NCBI RefSeq assembly: GCF_006345805.1
Contig: NC_043012.1
Location: 34,534,001-34,598,000, forward strand
Length of the DNA stretch: 64,000 nt
From: Octopus sinensis
Lineage: Eukaryota
Direction: 5' to 3'
How positions within the stretch are numbered: position 1 is the stretch's first letter; every line of letters starts with the position of its first letter. The notes under the pieces were generated by a model that saw only the letters and a program-made list of their open reading frames with translations, ran no database searches and was not told where the DNA came from. Both the position numbers and the translations under genes were made by a program. Of this stretch, positions 38,938 through 50,427 are shown piece by piece.

Positions 38938-39949
38938 ACATAATACATACATACATACGTACATACATACATACATACATACATACATACATACATACAT
39001 ACATACATACATACATACATACATACATACATGACTACAACACTGATTGTATCTAAATTCCAATGAATGAACTTTGCTTCTCGGTTAGAAACAGGCTCCT
39101 TGCTAAGATGAGAAATTCGTAAACTAAAACTAAGAAAGTATACGGGCGTACATACACATACGCGCGCTCACTCGTATATTTGACTTATGAATGATCAAGT
39201 AGTTAAGAACTCCATTTTGCGACCATCAGATCCTAATCACTATCTTACTAGCAAACATTATCGTTGTTTTTTTTTACTGCGGTATGAGAGAGGAGAAGTG
39301 CCTTCGTGGTCCGGATGATTTTGGTTTTGTAGGGTTTCCACAAGTAGCTCTTGGAGATCTCAACCCTTTTGCAGAATTTTTCTTTGAACTTTTTGTTACT
39401 TCTCTTGTTTACAGGAGTTTCTAATGTAATCCCAAACTATGTCGCCCTGTACTGTCTTCGATCCTTTTAGCAACCCTCTGTGGTTATTAAAAAAAAAGGA
39501 GCGTTCAGTTGGTTTTGTTCACTTAACATCAAGGTGCTACCCATGCCTTCGGAATCATCTTATGATTCTAGCTGTATCGAGGACACATGTTTACTGAAGT
39601 GTCGCAAAATTAATTGTTACGCTGATTGCACTGGAGAACATTAAAAAAAAAATTGTAAAAATGAGACTTTTTACAATTAGTCTCACCTAATTTGATGGTG
39701 TTGGATTCACAAATGCCCCCAGAAATTTTCTATCACGTCAAGTTTTTTGTTAAATACGAATTCACTTTTTTACCAAAAAATGTCAATTTTGCCATTAGAT
39801 GCAAGACTGAAATAAGACACTAAAACAAATCAAATAGTACATTTTATTGTTTAATAAATATATTACACAAAATGTTTAATTACACATCTTAGAATAGATA
39901 TTTCTGTCAAACTGGGGTTTGAACTACTCAAGGAATGAACTTTCTCTTT

Positions 39950-40430
39950 GTCGCTTTATGTGAATAAATGACATCATGACAATCTCTTTACAGTGATCAG
40001 CAGTAGACAACACCATGTTGGGGGTTCCGACTGCCTTGATACCTAGTCACCATGTCCTCGATGTCTTGGTTGAATCTTTTACCTTGCTAATCACTATTGC
40101 CTTAGGATCTTCAAGGAAGTAGTCCAGATGACTGTGCAGGAAATGCAAATTTGCACTCATGTTGCAGCCCAGTGCTCGAAAACTGGTTAACAGGATCTGC
40201 ACAAGATCTTCATAATTTGATGGCTTCCTGTTTCTCAGGAAATCAGACACAACTGCAACAAAAGCATTCCATGATCCTTTTTCAATGCCAGACATGATCT
40301 TCAAAAATAGCTTGTCCTGCGATAGTCACCTCATATGTGGCCCATCAAATACTCCAACCTTATTTTTCTCACAAGACAAAACTGGAAACAGTTTTTCAAC
40401 ACATGTTTTGCACATTATACAGGATGCCCA
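39950..40430 (-). pseudogene. Transposase C-terminal relic (Chapaev-3-like)
   Basis: KIKVGVFDGP..., SWNAFVAVVSDFLRNRKPSNYEDLV..LLTSFRALGCNMSANLHFLHSHLDYF, then frameshifted QGERFNQDI...RYQG...YC, matching the GCNMSxKxHFLHSHLDFFP...GERFHQDI...RYQG...DYCW motif set. Confidence 0.78.
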
Positions 40431-40596
40431 AGCTTTGTCTTGTCACCCAGTTTCATGCTAAAGTAAGTAAGGAAGTAAAGTAAGCTTTCTTCACGAAATC
40501 TGCCATTTTGTTTCACTGCCTAATTCAGAAATAAGCAGAAGACATCGGGACTGTTTTTACATTCTCTTTTCTCACAACTGGCCATATTTCTGAAAT

Positions 40597-40905
40597 GTGG
40601 AGGCACATGGCCTAGTGGTTAGAGCAGTGGACTCGCGGTCGAGGGATCGCGAGTTCGAATCTCAGACCGGGCGATGTGTGTGTTTATGAGAGAAACATCG
40701 AAGCTCCACGCGGCTCCGGCAGAAGGTAATGGCGAAACTTCTGCTGACTCTTTCGCCACAACTTTCTCTCACTCTTTCCTCCTGCATCTTGCGGCTCATC
40801 TGCGACGGACTGGTGTACCGTCCAGGTGGGGAACCTATACGCCAAGGAAACCGGAAAACCGGCCCTTATGAGCCAGGCATGGCTCGAGAAGGAACAAAAA
40901 AAAAG
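40597..40905 (+). mobile_element. tRNA-derived SINE (family C1; V-domain-like segment)
   Basis: A box tggcctagtgg, B box gttcgaatctc, ctgcgacggactggtgtaccgtccagg segment, A-rich tail, exact 12-bp TSD tatttctgaaat (40585-40596 and 40906-40917). Confidence 0.92.
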
Positions 40906-41269
40906 TATTTCTGAAATACAAAACATGTTCAAGCCAGTTGTTAGCTGGAAAAGCATTTTCGGAACAGTCAACAGTTATAAAGTAAACAGAATGTAGTTGT
41001 ATTTACTTTAAATGACATTGAAAAGATGTTGTCAAAGTTATGTCAAGCGCCATACATGGGTTCGCATTTGATGAAGTCAAATCTACCCTTACAAATGGTT
41101 ACAATAGCAGAAATGTTGAAAAATGGACAACTAAGTTTGTGAAAAATCTTGACGTGTTAGAACAAAATGGGTTTCATTTATGAAGTCAGCACCCCTAAAT
41201 TAGTAGGAAACATGTCTCCAACATCAGACAACTAAACCCCTGTTCCCCAAATATTATCAAAAACTATTT

Positions 41270-41790
41270 GCTGGGTGTCTTAGACACTGTTCCTCGTCAT
41301 CTTATCATGACAGGAATTACAATAACCTCCCTGCTGCTACAAAACCATTTTAAATCCTTTCTTTGACTCCCAGTATTTATTCCTCTTCTCGTTTTCTTTT
41401 CCTTTCCCCATGGTGTCGAATGGAGAGGATATACCTATTGCCATATGTGTTCTATCTTTCTCTAGTACAGCAATGTCCGGTATTGTGTGTTCCAGTACTT
41501 AATATATTCGGATTTTGAAATCTCATGAAAGCTTTGACTGATCGGTTTCGACAGCTTTCTTTGGTATTGTCGTGGCACCAGATTTTCTCTGTTATCTGAG
41601 CCAATCTTGTCTCACTCGTAACATAATGAACATGGTGGTGATATATCCTCTCTAAGTCTGTTTTCTCATTGCTCATATCCTTGTGGTGTCTTATTGCGCT
41701 GCTAGTATATTGCCTTCGGCGGCTTTCTTCAGATCCCAAGTCCGAGGGCTCTATTCAGCATCGAGCTCTTTTGTAGTTCTTTAGTAAAAC
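41270..41790 (-). pseudogene. Decayed R4/Dong-like retrotransposon 3' fragment
   Basis: Minus strand across frameshifts: LKKAAEGNILAAQ, EHTIPDIAVLEK, KENEKRNKY, VIVIPVMIR..GTVSK. Confidence 0.7.
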
Positions 41791-41846
41791 CATTCCTCAA
41801 ATAATCTTCTATACATACATTGACTAAGTGTATATATATATATATA

Positions 41847-42219
41847 CTAGCAGTATCGCCCGGCGTTGCTCAGGTTTGTAAGGGAAATAACTATAAAGCA
41901 TTTTTAGAGAGTTATAGCCAAAAAATAGCAAAAAATGGAAAAAAATGATGGTAAATTTTTTTTTTAGTTAAAAAAGGTGGAGTTGCATCCCCTAGACAGT
42001 TTGTGTTTCTGATTCTGGACCCCATGTCGAATTTATCGATTTTTTTTAGAACTGGGGGAACTTTTCAAAATTTTCGCTGCGTTAGTTTTGAATTATGACA
42101 TTGGGCTATGTGTGTGTCAAGTTTCATCAGAATCGGTTGAAAGCCGTGGTCAGGGTGAAGGTACAAGCAAACAGACACACAGAAACACGCACAGACAAAC
42201 TGCCGTTTATATATAGAGA
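41847..42219 (-). mobile_element. Non-autonomous Helitron (near-identical to 50428-50809)
   Basis: Reverse complement has a TC start, hairpin cc(t)gagcaacgccggg and a CTAG end; inserted in (TA)n. Confidence 0.92.
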
Positions 42220-42235
42220 TATATATATACACACA

Positions 42236-42306
<71 letters not shown>

Positions 42307-43145
42307 ACACTCACACACACACCGCACACATGAGAGACCGAGTGGAGAGTGTGGGTACGTGTGGTATTTTGTAGGGAAGGAAAGAAGTTCAGAAACATTT
42401 ATAATCAGGCTGAATAATTGGTGATGCCCACGTCTGTTTCCATGGTCCAATGGAACAATATGTTGAAGAAACCAGTCAACTATGCCGAGATTATTGCATG
42501 ATAGTCCTGGGATTGATGAAGCTCAAAACCCACAAGGGATTGAACGAGTCTGCATTTCTATCCCTCTTGCCTTCTCCCTTTTCCCTTAACTACCCTCAAT
42601 CAACCCCCACCCCTCATTCCCCCGCCATTATTATTATCATCCTGTAATTCACTATGAATTGTTCCGCTTTGTAGTGTAACAGCAGCGGAAACTACGACAG
42701 CCCAATCTAATTATTACTGTTCAATCAAGAACGGTCGATTATCAAACAATTATGAATTGAATTATTTGGAGACAATAATTCCAACAATCACCCCGCCTTC
42801 CTTTCTCATGCTTTATGACTCTGGTTAATTGGGGCGGATGTCGTGTTGTTAAGATCGGTTTACTGATGGTGCTGCGTTTACAAACGGAATCAGTTTGAGT
42901 AAAGCGAACTACGGTTGCTTATACATATTTTATGGCTTCTCCCTTCCACCACATTTTATAACAATTTTGCAATAGTGAACATCCGAATACCTGTTTACTC
43001 TCAGGTGAACGAAGAGGCTTGTGTAGGGACGTTCTAAAGACTATCCCGTCGTGTTTCTTTCTATGGCATGTCGTATATTGGATTACATTAGTTTACGTGT
43101 CCTTTCAAGACGGGAGAATGGGATTTCAAGTATATTCGGCTGCTC

Positions 43146-43505
43146 TTTCTTTTTCTACTCTAGACACAAGGCCCGAAATTTTTTTTTGAGGGTATATAAT
43201 TTATCGACTCCGAAAGGATGAAAGGCAAAGTCGACCTCAGCAGAATTTGAGCTCAGAACGTAGCGGCAGACGAAACACTTATTTCTCTACTACCCACAAG
43301 GAGCTAAAAACAGAGGGGACAAACAAGGACAGACAAACGGATTAAGTCGATTATATCGACTTCAGTGCGTAACTGGTACTTATTTAATCGACCCCGAAAG
43401 GATGAAAGGCAAAGTCGACCTCGGCGGAATTTGAACTCAGAACGTAGCGGCAGACGAAATACTGCTAAGCATTTCGCCCGGCGTGCTAACGGTTCTGCCA
43501 GCTCG
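43146..43505 (-). mobile_element. Dimeric/composite family A SINE
   Basis: The full monomer (43505-43280) runs directly into a second partial monomer (gtgtttcgtctgccgc...gtcgataaatt) ending in the alternative tail aatttcgggccttgtgtctagagtagaaaa. Confidence 0.85.
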
Positions 43506-43804
43506 TGTGAGGATAACGGTTCTGCCCTCAATGTGAGGATAACTTAAATCCACCAACTACGGAAATCCTTAAAGGTTCATGGGCATACTTTTTCTTCCTT
43601 TGATTTAAATGTTTAAGAGAAAACCTCCCATTTAATTTTTTTAAGACAATGCGATGTAATGCCGCAAAATTTGATTGCTACTTCTAGCAAGTCGAGCAGC
43701 TAAATAAAGGCTCTTTTACTGCCTCGTGACATTTTGTAGAAGATGGAACATTTATTCCTTCTGCTACAGTGGTTGCTTTTGTTAACGATGTTGTAGTTGC
43801 TGTT

Positions 43805-44173
43805 TGTTTGTTGAGCGAAGCGGTCTTCGTCCCATTATTGGGAGAAGTCCGAAACGTGGTCCTTTGCTATTCGTAAGACCCGCAGAAGAGAAAGCAGGCC
43901 AACCCCCGACATCGAGAGCATCGACAGATGGATGAATGAGCATCCAGGCTTAGCGGTTGCGTAGGAAGTCGGGGATAAGAAACAGGAAGAAAGAGTGAGA
44001 GAAAGTTGGGGTGAAAGAGTACAACAGGGGTCGTCACCACCCCCTACCGGGGCCTCGTGGAGCTTTAGGTGTTTTCGCTCAATAAACACACACAACGCCC
44101 GGTCTGGGAATCGAAACCGCGATCCTCCGACCGCGAGACCGCTGCCCTAACCACTGGGCCATTGCGCCTCCAC
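43805..44173 (-). mobile_element. tRNA-derived SINE (family C2; same head as C1, different body and tail)
   Basis: Minus strand gtggaggcgcaatggcccagtggttagggcagcgg...gtttcgattccc...caactttctctcactcttt; (CAAA)n tail; TSD tgtagttg(c/t)tgtt. Confidence 0.9.
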
Positions 44174-44497
44174 TGTAGTTGTTGTTGCTACTGGGCAGTG
44201 AAATAAGGCTTTTTTCCAGATATAAAGGATGTTTTATATGACGTAGTGTTACGGATGCTTGTATCCGTGGCTATGCTTTCGTTCCATAAATTTTAGCAGT
44301 ATTTCAGACTGGAGCAAACATTATATAGAACAAGAATTTGTTAAGACTGAGGTTGCCTTTCATCTTCAGGGGAAAACTAAAGTTAAACATAGTGCGCACC
44401 TGTTGTTATTGTTTAAACTTGAACGAAAGGTGCAAAAACTGTCAGCATCCCATATTTTCTAACATTTGCAAATAGACTACATCATCTAATATATTAA

Positions 44498-44726
44498 GGC
44501 GGCGAGCTGGCAGAAACGTTAGCACACCGGGCGAAATGCGTAGCCGTATTTCGTCTGCCGTTACGTTCTGAGTTCAAATTCCGCCGAGGTCGACTTTGCA
44601 TTTCATCCTTTCGGGGTCGATAAATTAAGTATCAGTTACGCACTGGGGTTTATGTAATCGACTTAATCAGTTTGTCTGTCCTTGTTTGTCCCCTCTACGT
44701 TTAGCCCCTTGTGGGTAGTAAAGAAA
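44498..44726 (+). mobile_element. Family A SINE, full length
   Basis: Consensus match; TSD aatatatt. Confidence 0.93.
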
Positions 44727-45424
44727 CAAATATATTCATAGTTTTAAGCAGGGTGTAATTTGAGAGGGATTTTGCTGTTATTTCTAGCAGGTTTAACGAC
44801 TTTTGGGAAGCTACCTTCTTGTCTTGTGTGTACAAGTATAATAGGGTAGAATCTATAGAGAATACTGGTAAAACTCCCGATCGGCCTTATATCAACCTGT
44901 TACTCGTTAAACGATTAGAAATCAATATTATGTAATATTTAGGCAAATAAAGGAAGTCGTAAATAGAGAAAACACTCTGTTTGCACGGCTGCCTCACCTG
45001 ATCGTCGGCAAATACTTATTGATCATCTTAAACGATGTCATTAATCCACAGCAGCGAGTTTATATCAGGAGAGATAAACTGGTAACATTTTTGTTCAAAT
45101 TGATCGTGTAATTTGATAGAATGATAACATGTAATTGATTACGATATGACATGACAGAAAGAAAAAAAATATCCATCACACACACGTGCAGCATACATAC
45201 ATACATAAACACATACAGACGTGCACAGGCACACACAGACACACGCGTGCACACACACACACATACGTAATACACACGCGCGCACACACACACACACAAG
45301 CACTTTTCATTTATGAATTATTTTTCAAGAATATGTGCGTCTGTATCTATCTATCTATTTATCTACACACACACAAATGTATATATATATATGTATATAT
45401 ATATACATTTGTGTGTGTGTCGCC

Positions 45425-45627
45425 ATGATAGATCGTTAGCCACTACACACATTTTTTTTCTTTCCTTGTTTCCCTCCTTGTTTTTTTCTGTGTCCCTTTC
45501 TGTAGAAGAGCGTAGGCTCGAAACATAAAAGACTTTTTCTATTCCTGAGCGTTATACTAATACATCTTTTTGTTTTGTACACCACCTGTCTTCGTCTTTT
45601 GTTTTTTTTTTTTCGTAAACTCTCCCT
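45425..45627 (+). mobile_element. Family B short repeat, full length
   Basis: atgatagatcgttagccactac...ccctttctgtagaagagcgtaggctcgaaac...cgtaaactctccct. Confidence 0.92.
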
Positions 45628-45899
45628 ATATATATATACACACACACAGTAACGGGCCAAAATCTTCGGCCGCTTCAGACTATTGTAAATTTCTACGAAT
45701 TACTAACTTAGAAGTGAATGTTTCGCATTACGTTATGACAGATTGGCCCTGTTGCAGTCAATTCCGCACCTAATCATTATATTTTGTAGTAGGGGTTGCG
45801 GGACGACCACCTAAAATGGCTGTGCAAACCTCACATAAACCAATCAAGATACAGTGTTTTAAAACAGAAAAATGTCTATATCTATCAACTAGACTATTA

Positions 45900-46510
45900 G
45901 GTGTCGTTATAACATCGCTGGTCACAGTATGCTTACTCGACTTCATCCTTCTTTTCCATCTGAGTCCGAATTGTTTAACCAAATCTTCCCATAGTCGTGG
46001 ATGCTTTCTGAGGGGCCTTTTCCGATCTTTTGGATACCATCCAGCAAATTCACGGGTCCACCTGTTATCTGTAAACTTTGCGATATGTCTAGCCCAGTGG
46101 ATGTTGTACTTTTGGCCTTCTGCTATCACGTCGTTCACTCCGCATGGCTCTCGAATAATCTCATTTCGGATATCTTCTGGCAATGATATTCTTTGGACGG
46201 ATCCTTCCATGGCCTTTTGCATCACAGCCAATCATATTTTTACTCTTCGTAGGAACCTACATCTTACCTGCGTATAAGAGCGCAGGCACGACGGTGCCAT
46301 TAAAAAGACGGTACGTTGGGTCTTGTCCAGGTTTTCTTTGAGCACATCTTTTATCGAAATAGATGTCTTCGATCTTGCCTTAATTTTCTGCGAAATTCCA
46401 ACATCCACGTCACGGTGCATATTCTGTAAGTCCCAAATAGACTTCAACTCCTCGATTTCAACTCTTCCCACTTCTATTCAGCTGTGCTATATCTTTGGTC
46501 TCTCTATATA
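45900..46510 (-). pseudogene. RTE-clade LINE ORF C-terminal fragment
   Basis: QKAMEGSVQRISLPEDIRNEIIRE..GVNDVI....KYNIHWARHIAKFTDNRWTREFAGWYPKDRKRPLRKHPRLWED matches QRAMER..I...DxIRNExIR..TxVxD...KxxWAGHxxRxxDxRWT...WxPxxxKRxxGRPxxRWxD. Confidence 0.88.
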
Positions 46511-46542
46511 TTCTGTTTTCATGCAGTTCTTTTAATGATCAC

Positions 46543-46653
46543 TAGGCTCGAAACGTAAAAGACTTTTTCTATTCCTGAGCGTTATACTAATACATATGTT
46601 TGTTTTGTACACCACCTGTCTTCGTCTTTTGTTTTTTTTCGTAAACTCTCCCT
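46543..46653 (+). mobile_element. Family B short repeat, truncated within the hammerhead-like motif
   Basis: taggctcgaaacgtaaaagac...cgtaaactctccct. Confidence 0.9.
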
Positions 46654-46654
46654 A

Positions 46655-46739
<85 letters not shown>

Positions 46740-46835
46740 GTCTGTTTGTCTGTCTGCCTGTCTGTCTGCCTGTCTGTCTGCCTGTCTGTCTATCTGTGAG
46801 TGTGTGTGTGTGTGTGTGTCTGCGTGTGTGTGTGT
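46655..46835. repeat. (TATC)n/(CTGT)n/(TG)n microsatellite
   Basis: Directly visible. Confidence 0.97.
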
Positions 46836-47667
46836 GTTGGTCGAGTCAGCCTCTTGTTATTCTTGAGTTTCGTCTATGCTTTCATAGGGTCATCAGGCAA
46901 GTTATGACAAGATACAAAAACAAAAGTTGGTCTTCCTACTCATTCATCCACCCATCCATCTACCTACAAATCTATCCACCCATTCATTCATCCGTCCACC
47001 TACCTACTCATCCATCCATCAGCCCACCACCCCACTACCCATCTTCGGGCGAAAAAGTGACCAAGACATTCCGGGCAATACTTTTTATACTACATTTTTT
47101 TAAAGTGTTTCGGGTACTTTTTATTTGGCCTGAACTGATATCATTTGCTCATTCCGGATGTAATTATAGTTAATTAAACATTTTTACCTAAGTAACATTA
47201 ATTATGTTAGCATCCACTTAACTTCTAATTTTTTATGCAGAAGATGTCTCTGGTAATTTCTCTCCAACATTCTCTGAACTTTGTTAACTTTGACACTTGA
47301 ATGTCCTCTGTTTAAATGATGTCTAACACGACGTTTTCCATCTGTTCACCTTCGATTAAATAATCACCATCGATACGTTGTCATCGATACAGAGAATCTA
47401 TGTATTATTATGCTAAGGCCGAAATGCGTTGCGCTGTCCTGTGATTAGTTGAAGGGAGAGTCGAAGAGCGAGAGGGAGGAAGAAAAGGACAGAGAAAAAG
47501 AGGGAGAAAAAAAGAGGGATGGAGAAAAAGAGAGAGAGAGAAGCGTCCATGATGCGAGGTGGGAGAAACGTAATATTTAATTTGTAATTAAAAAGCTAGT
47601 TGAAGGGAGTGATATAAAAAAAAGTTAGAAATATGATGTTTAGCCAAAAGTGGTGAGGTTAAAGAAG

Positions 47668-47726
<59 letters not shown>

Positions 47727-49004
47727 GGTGATGGAGAGAGTAGAGGGAGATGATGGTGGTGAAGTTTGGAGTGGTGAGTGGATAGTGAAACGAATTTTTT
47801 TTTAATTGAACTAGGTTTTTTTTTATAACGCATGTACATAAGTGTAATTATTTATCGTCTGCTCGCTTGAAAATTGATATTTATTTTTGAAATATGGATG
47901 ACAGACAATGCAAGCTAGCAGAAAGCATGAGACCGAATAGACAATAACGTGAAGAGTCGGTCGAAATACTTAGAGCAAGCACGAAAGTATTAGCATGTAG
48001 AAGGGGATATATGAATCAAAGAGTATAGAGTGAGTATTTACAACAGATAAGAAAATGTATTCAAGCCAGACTATAAAATGAAAATTAGAACATCACAAAA
48101 AAACAAAAAAAAAACTGTAAACATATGGTTGAAGGTACAACATTGGTGACATGAATATTCTCTGTAATCATTGTGAAGTCAAAAATATAGAATTGAATCT
48201 CTGAACTGCCGAGAGAATGGAATCATGCTTCTTGAATTACAGCTGCAACCAGAAGAACTGAAATGTAAATGAAAACAATGCAGAATATTTCGTTTTGGGA
48301 TTTGGTTTGCAAGATTCTTTGCAAGAGAGTCGAAACTATTGAAAAGGTTGCAAGACGCAACGAAATTTTAGGAAAATAAAAATAAGAAAAAAGTGGACAT
48401 TTTACCGGTGTGTGTGTTAAATTATGAGGCACAAAAAGAAAATGACTCTCCCCAGACACAAGAGAATGCAAAATATACAATTTAGAAAGGATCACTAATT
48501 TTTATGAGTCTATATAAACTTACAACCACCTAAAATATTTACTGTGGAATTTCCACGAGTACTGCTAGCCTTTATAAATATTGGAACTGACCCTCTGAGG
48601 GAAATCTCTAGATGTCACTACTGGGGAGGTTCAATAAACGTTTGGGTATAAAATTGGTCGAGATACTCCTGGATAATAATTAAAACCTGCTACAGGAGTT
48701 TCAACGCATTTTTATCGATTTCTTTAAAGCTCTATATTCTGTACTGCTTCAGCCCTTGTATTTAGTCGGAAAGGAGTATTAGAGTATTTGGGAGTATCAG
48801 GTGAGGAATATCAAAGATGTGGTTATACCTTATTAACTTTGCGCTCTGAAACCTCTTTTAAGCCGTGGCTTTCAAACTGAATATGGGTTCGAAGTAATAT
48901 TTGCCTTTCATTCTTTATCATCCATATAGCAATGCAGGACTTAAAAAGCCATTTATTATTCTAGTTTTATGTTAGAAATTACTTGACACTAAAGCACAAG
49001 CTTA

Positions 49005-49160
49005 GTCATTCTGATTAAGAAGCCCAGTTCTCAACCACGTGGTTCCATGTTCGATTCCGCTGCGTAGAATATTGGCCAAGTGTCTTCTTCTGTTGTTATC
49101 TGGGATTCACCAAGATGTTGCGAGTGGAATTTAAAAAGCTTAAACTGTGCAGAAGTACTG

Positions 49161-49165
<5 letters not shown>
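49005..49165 (+). mobile_element. Diverged CORE-type SINE (family D) 5' half
   Basis: caaccacgtggttccatgttcgattcc...ttggccaagtgtcttc...gagtggaattt...aaactg followed by (TG)n. Confidence 0.7.
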
Positions 49166-49205
<40 letters not shown>

Positions 49206-49439
49206 TTGTGTGCGTATATTAGTATAATTTGATAGAGTATGAGAAAATTAGTTTTAGATTGAAAAAGAAAAAAGTATTGAGGTAGGACAGAGTGATATCA
49301 AGGGGTTGATTGCATCATCGTGTGTTGGTCATCTAGTAACGATATTCGATGGATTGATTGGAGGAGGAGGAGGAGGAGGAGGATATTGTGGGAGGTACTT
49401 CAGCAAGACCGCCGGTCAACAACTGGAGCCTGTGAAAAA

Positions 49440-49466
49440 CTACTACTACTACTACTGCTGCTGTTG

Positions 49467-49497
<31 letters not shown>
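49440..49497. repeat. (CTA)n/(CTG)n microsatellite
   Basis: Directly visible. Confidence 0.95.
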
Positions 49498-49922
49498 AGT
49501 AGATAAACTAACTGAATGTAAATCTCTTTGAAGTGATTCTTTATGTAAACAGAAAGTAATTGGAATCATCAAAGCGTTTACAATCCATTGCATTGATGGA
49601 TTAAATCGTCACGGATGACTGAGAGGATGTTTGATGCTCCCCACCACTCTCTCTCTCTCCCTCCATACATACAAACACACACATGCATGAAACAACTATA
49701 GTATAATTTTTATGATTATTTTCATCATCTAAAATGTAAATATATTGATGTAATGTAAATAACGTTACGGTTTCTGTTACAACCACAAGAGTACAAAACT
49801 TTGGAACAAAGGCACATTCAATTAAATCCATTTCATTTTTACCCTGGTACTTCATTTTATCGACCCACAAGGAATGAATGTAGATTTAGCGGGATCTGAA
49901 CGCGCTGGAATGCTGTTACTAA

Positions 49923-50160
49923 ATACCTATTTCTTTACTACCCACAATGGTCTAAACACAGAGAGGACAAACAAGGACAGACATAGGTATTAAGTCGATT
50001 ACATCGACCCCAGTGCGTCACTGGTACTTAATTTATCGACCCCGAAAGGATGAAAAGCAAAGTCGACCTCGGCGGAATTTGAACCCAGAACGTAACGGCA
50101 GATGAAACACCGCTAAGCATTTCGTCCGGCGTGCTAACGTTTCTGCCAGCTCGCCGCCTT
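49923..50160 (-). mobile_element. Family A SINE, full length, abutting an older family-A relic (~49790-49925)
   Basis: Consensus match; TSD taaatacct at 49920-49928 and 50160-50168; the left flank has the relic ctggtacttcattttatcgaccc..aggaatgaa. Confidence 0.93.
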
Positions 50161-50427
50161 AAATACCTCTTCTCTCATCGACTGTTATATATGTCCACAA
50201 AATTTGAGAGCGAAGTAACGAAGTACACTCAAAGAAATGATCTCAGTATTTAACTGGCACAAATTTAACGAACGCCAGAATGAAAATCAAAGCGGAACTT
50301 GAATTTCGAACAAGCATTACTTAGTACCGCTTTTATAGAGTATTGTTATTATTGAAGGGAGACTGTAGATGAAGTTAACTTTAGTACGTGACTGGTATTT
50401 TTATTTACTCTAAAGAGATGAGAGTTA

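Larger units (their letters stand above)
39629..41252 (-). mobile_element. Internally deleted DNA transposon, Chapaev-3 (CMC)-like
   Basis: Left end cactggagaaca, right end tgttcccca. Long imperfect TIRs (39675-39750 vs 41142-41215: ctaatttga.ggtg.tg...tctatcacgtcaag). Transposase relic inside; interrupted by the SINE at 40597-40905. Confidence 0.65.
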
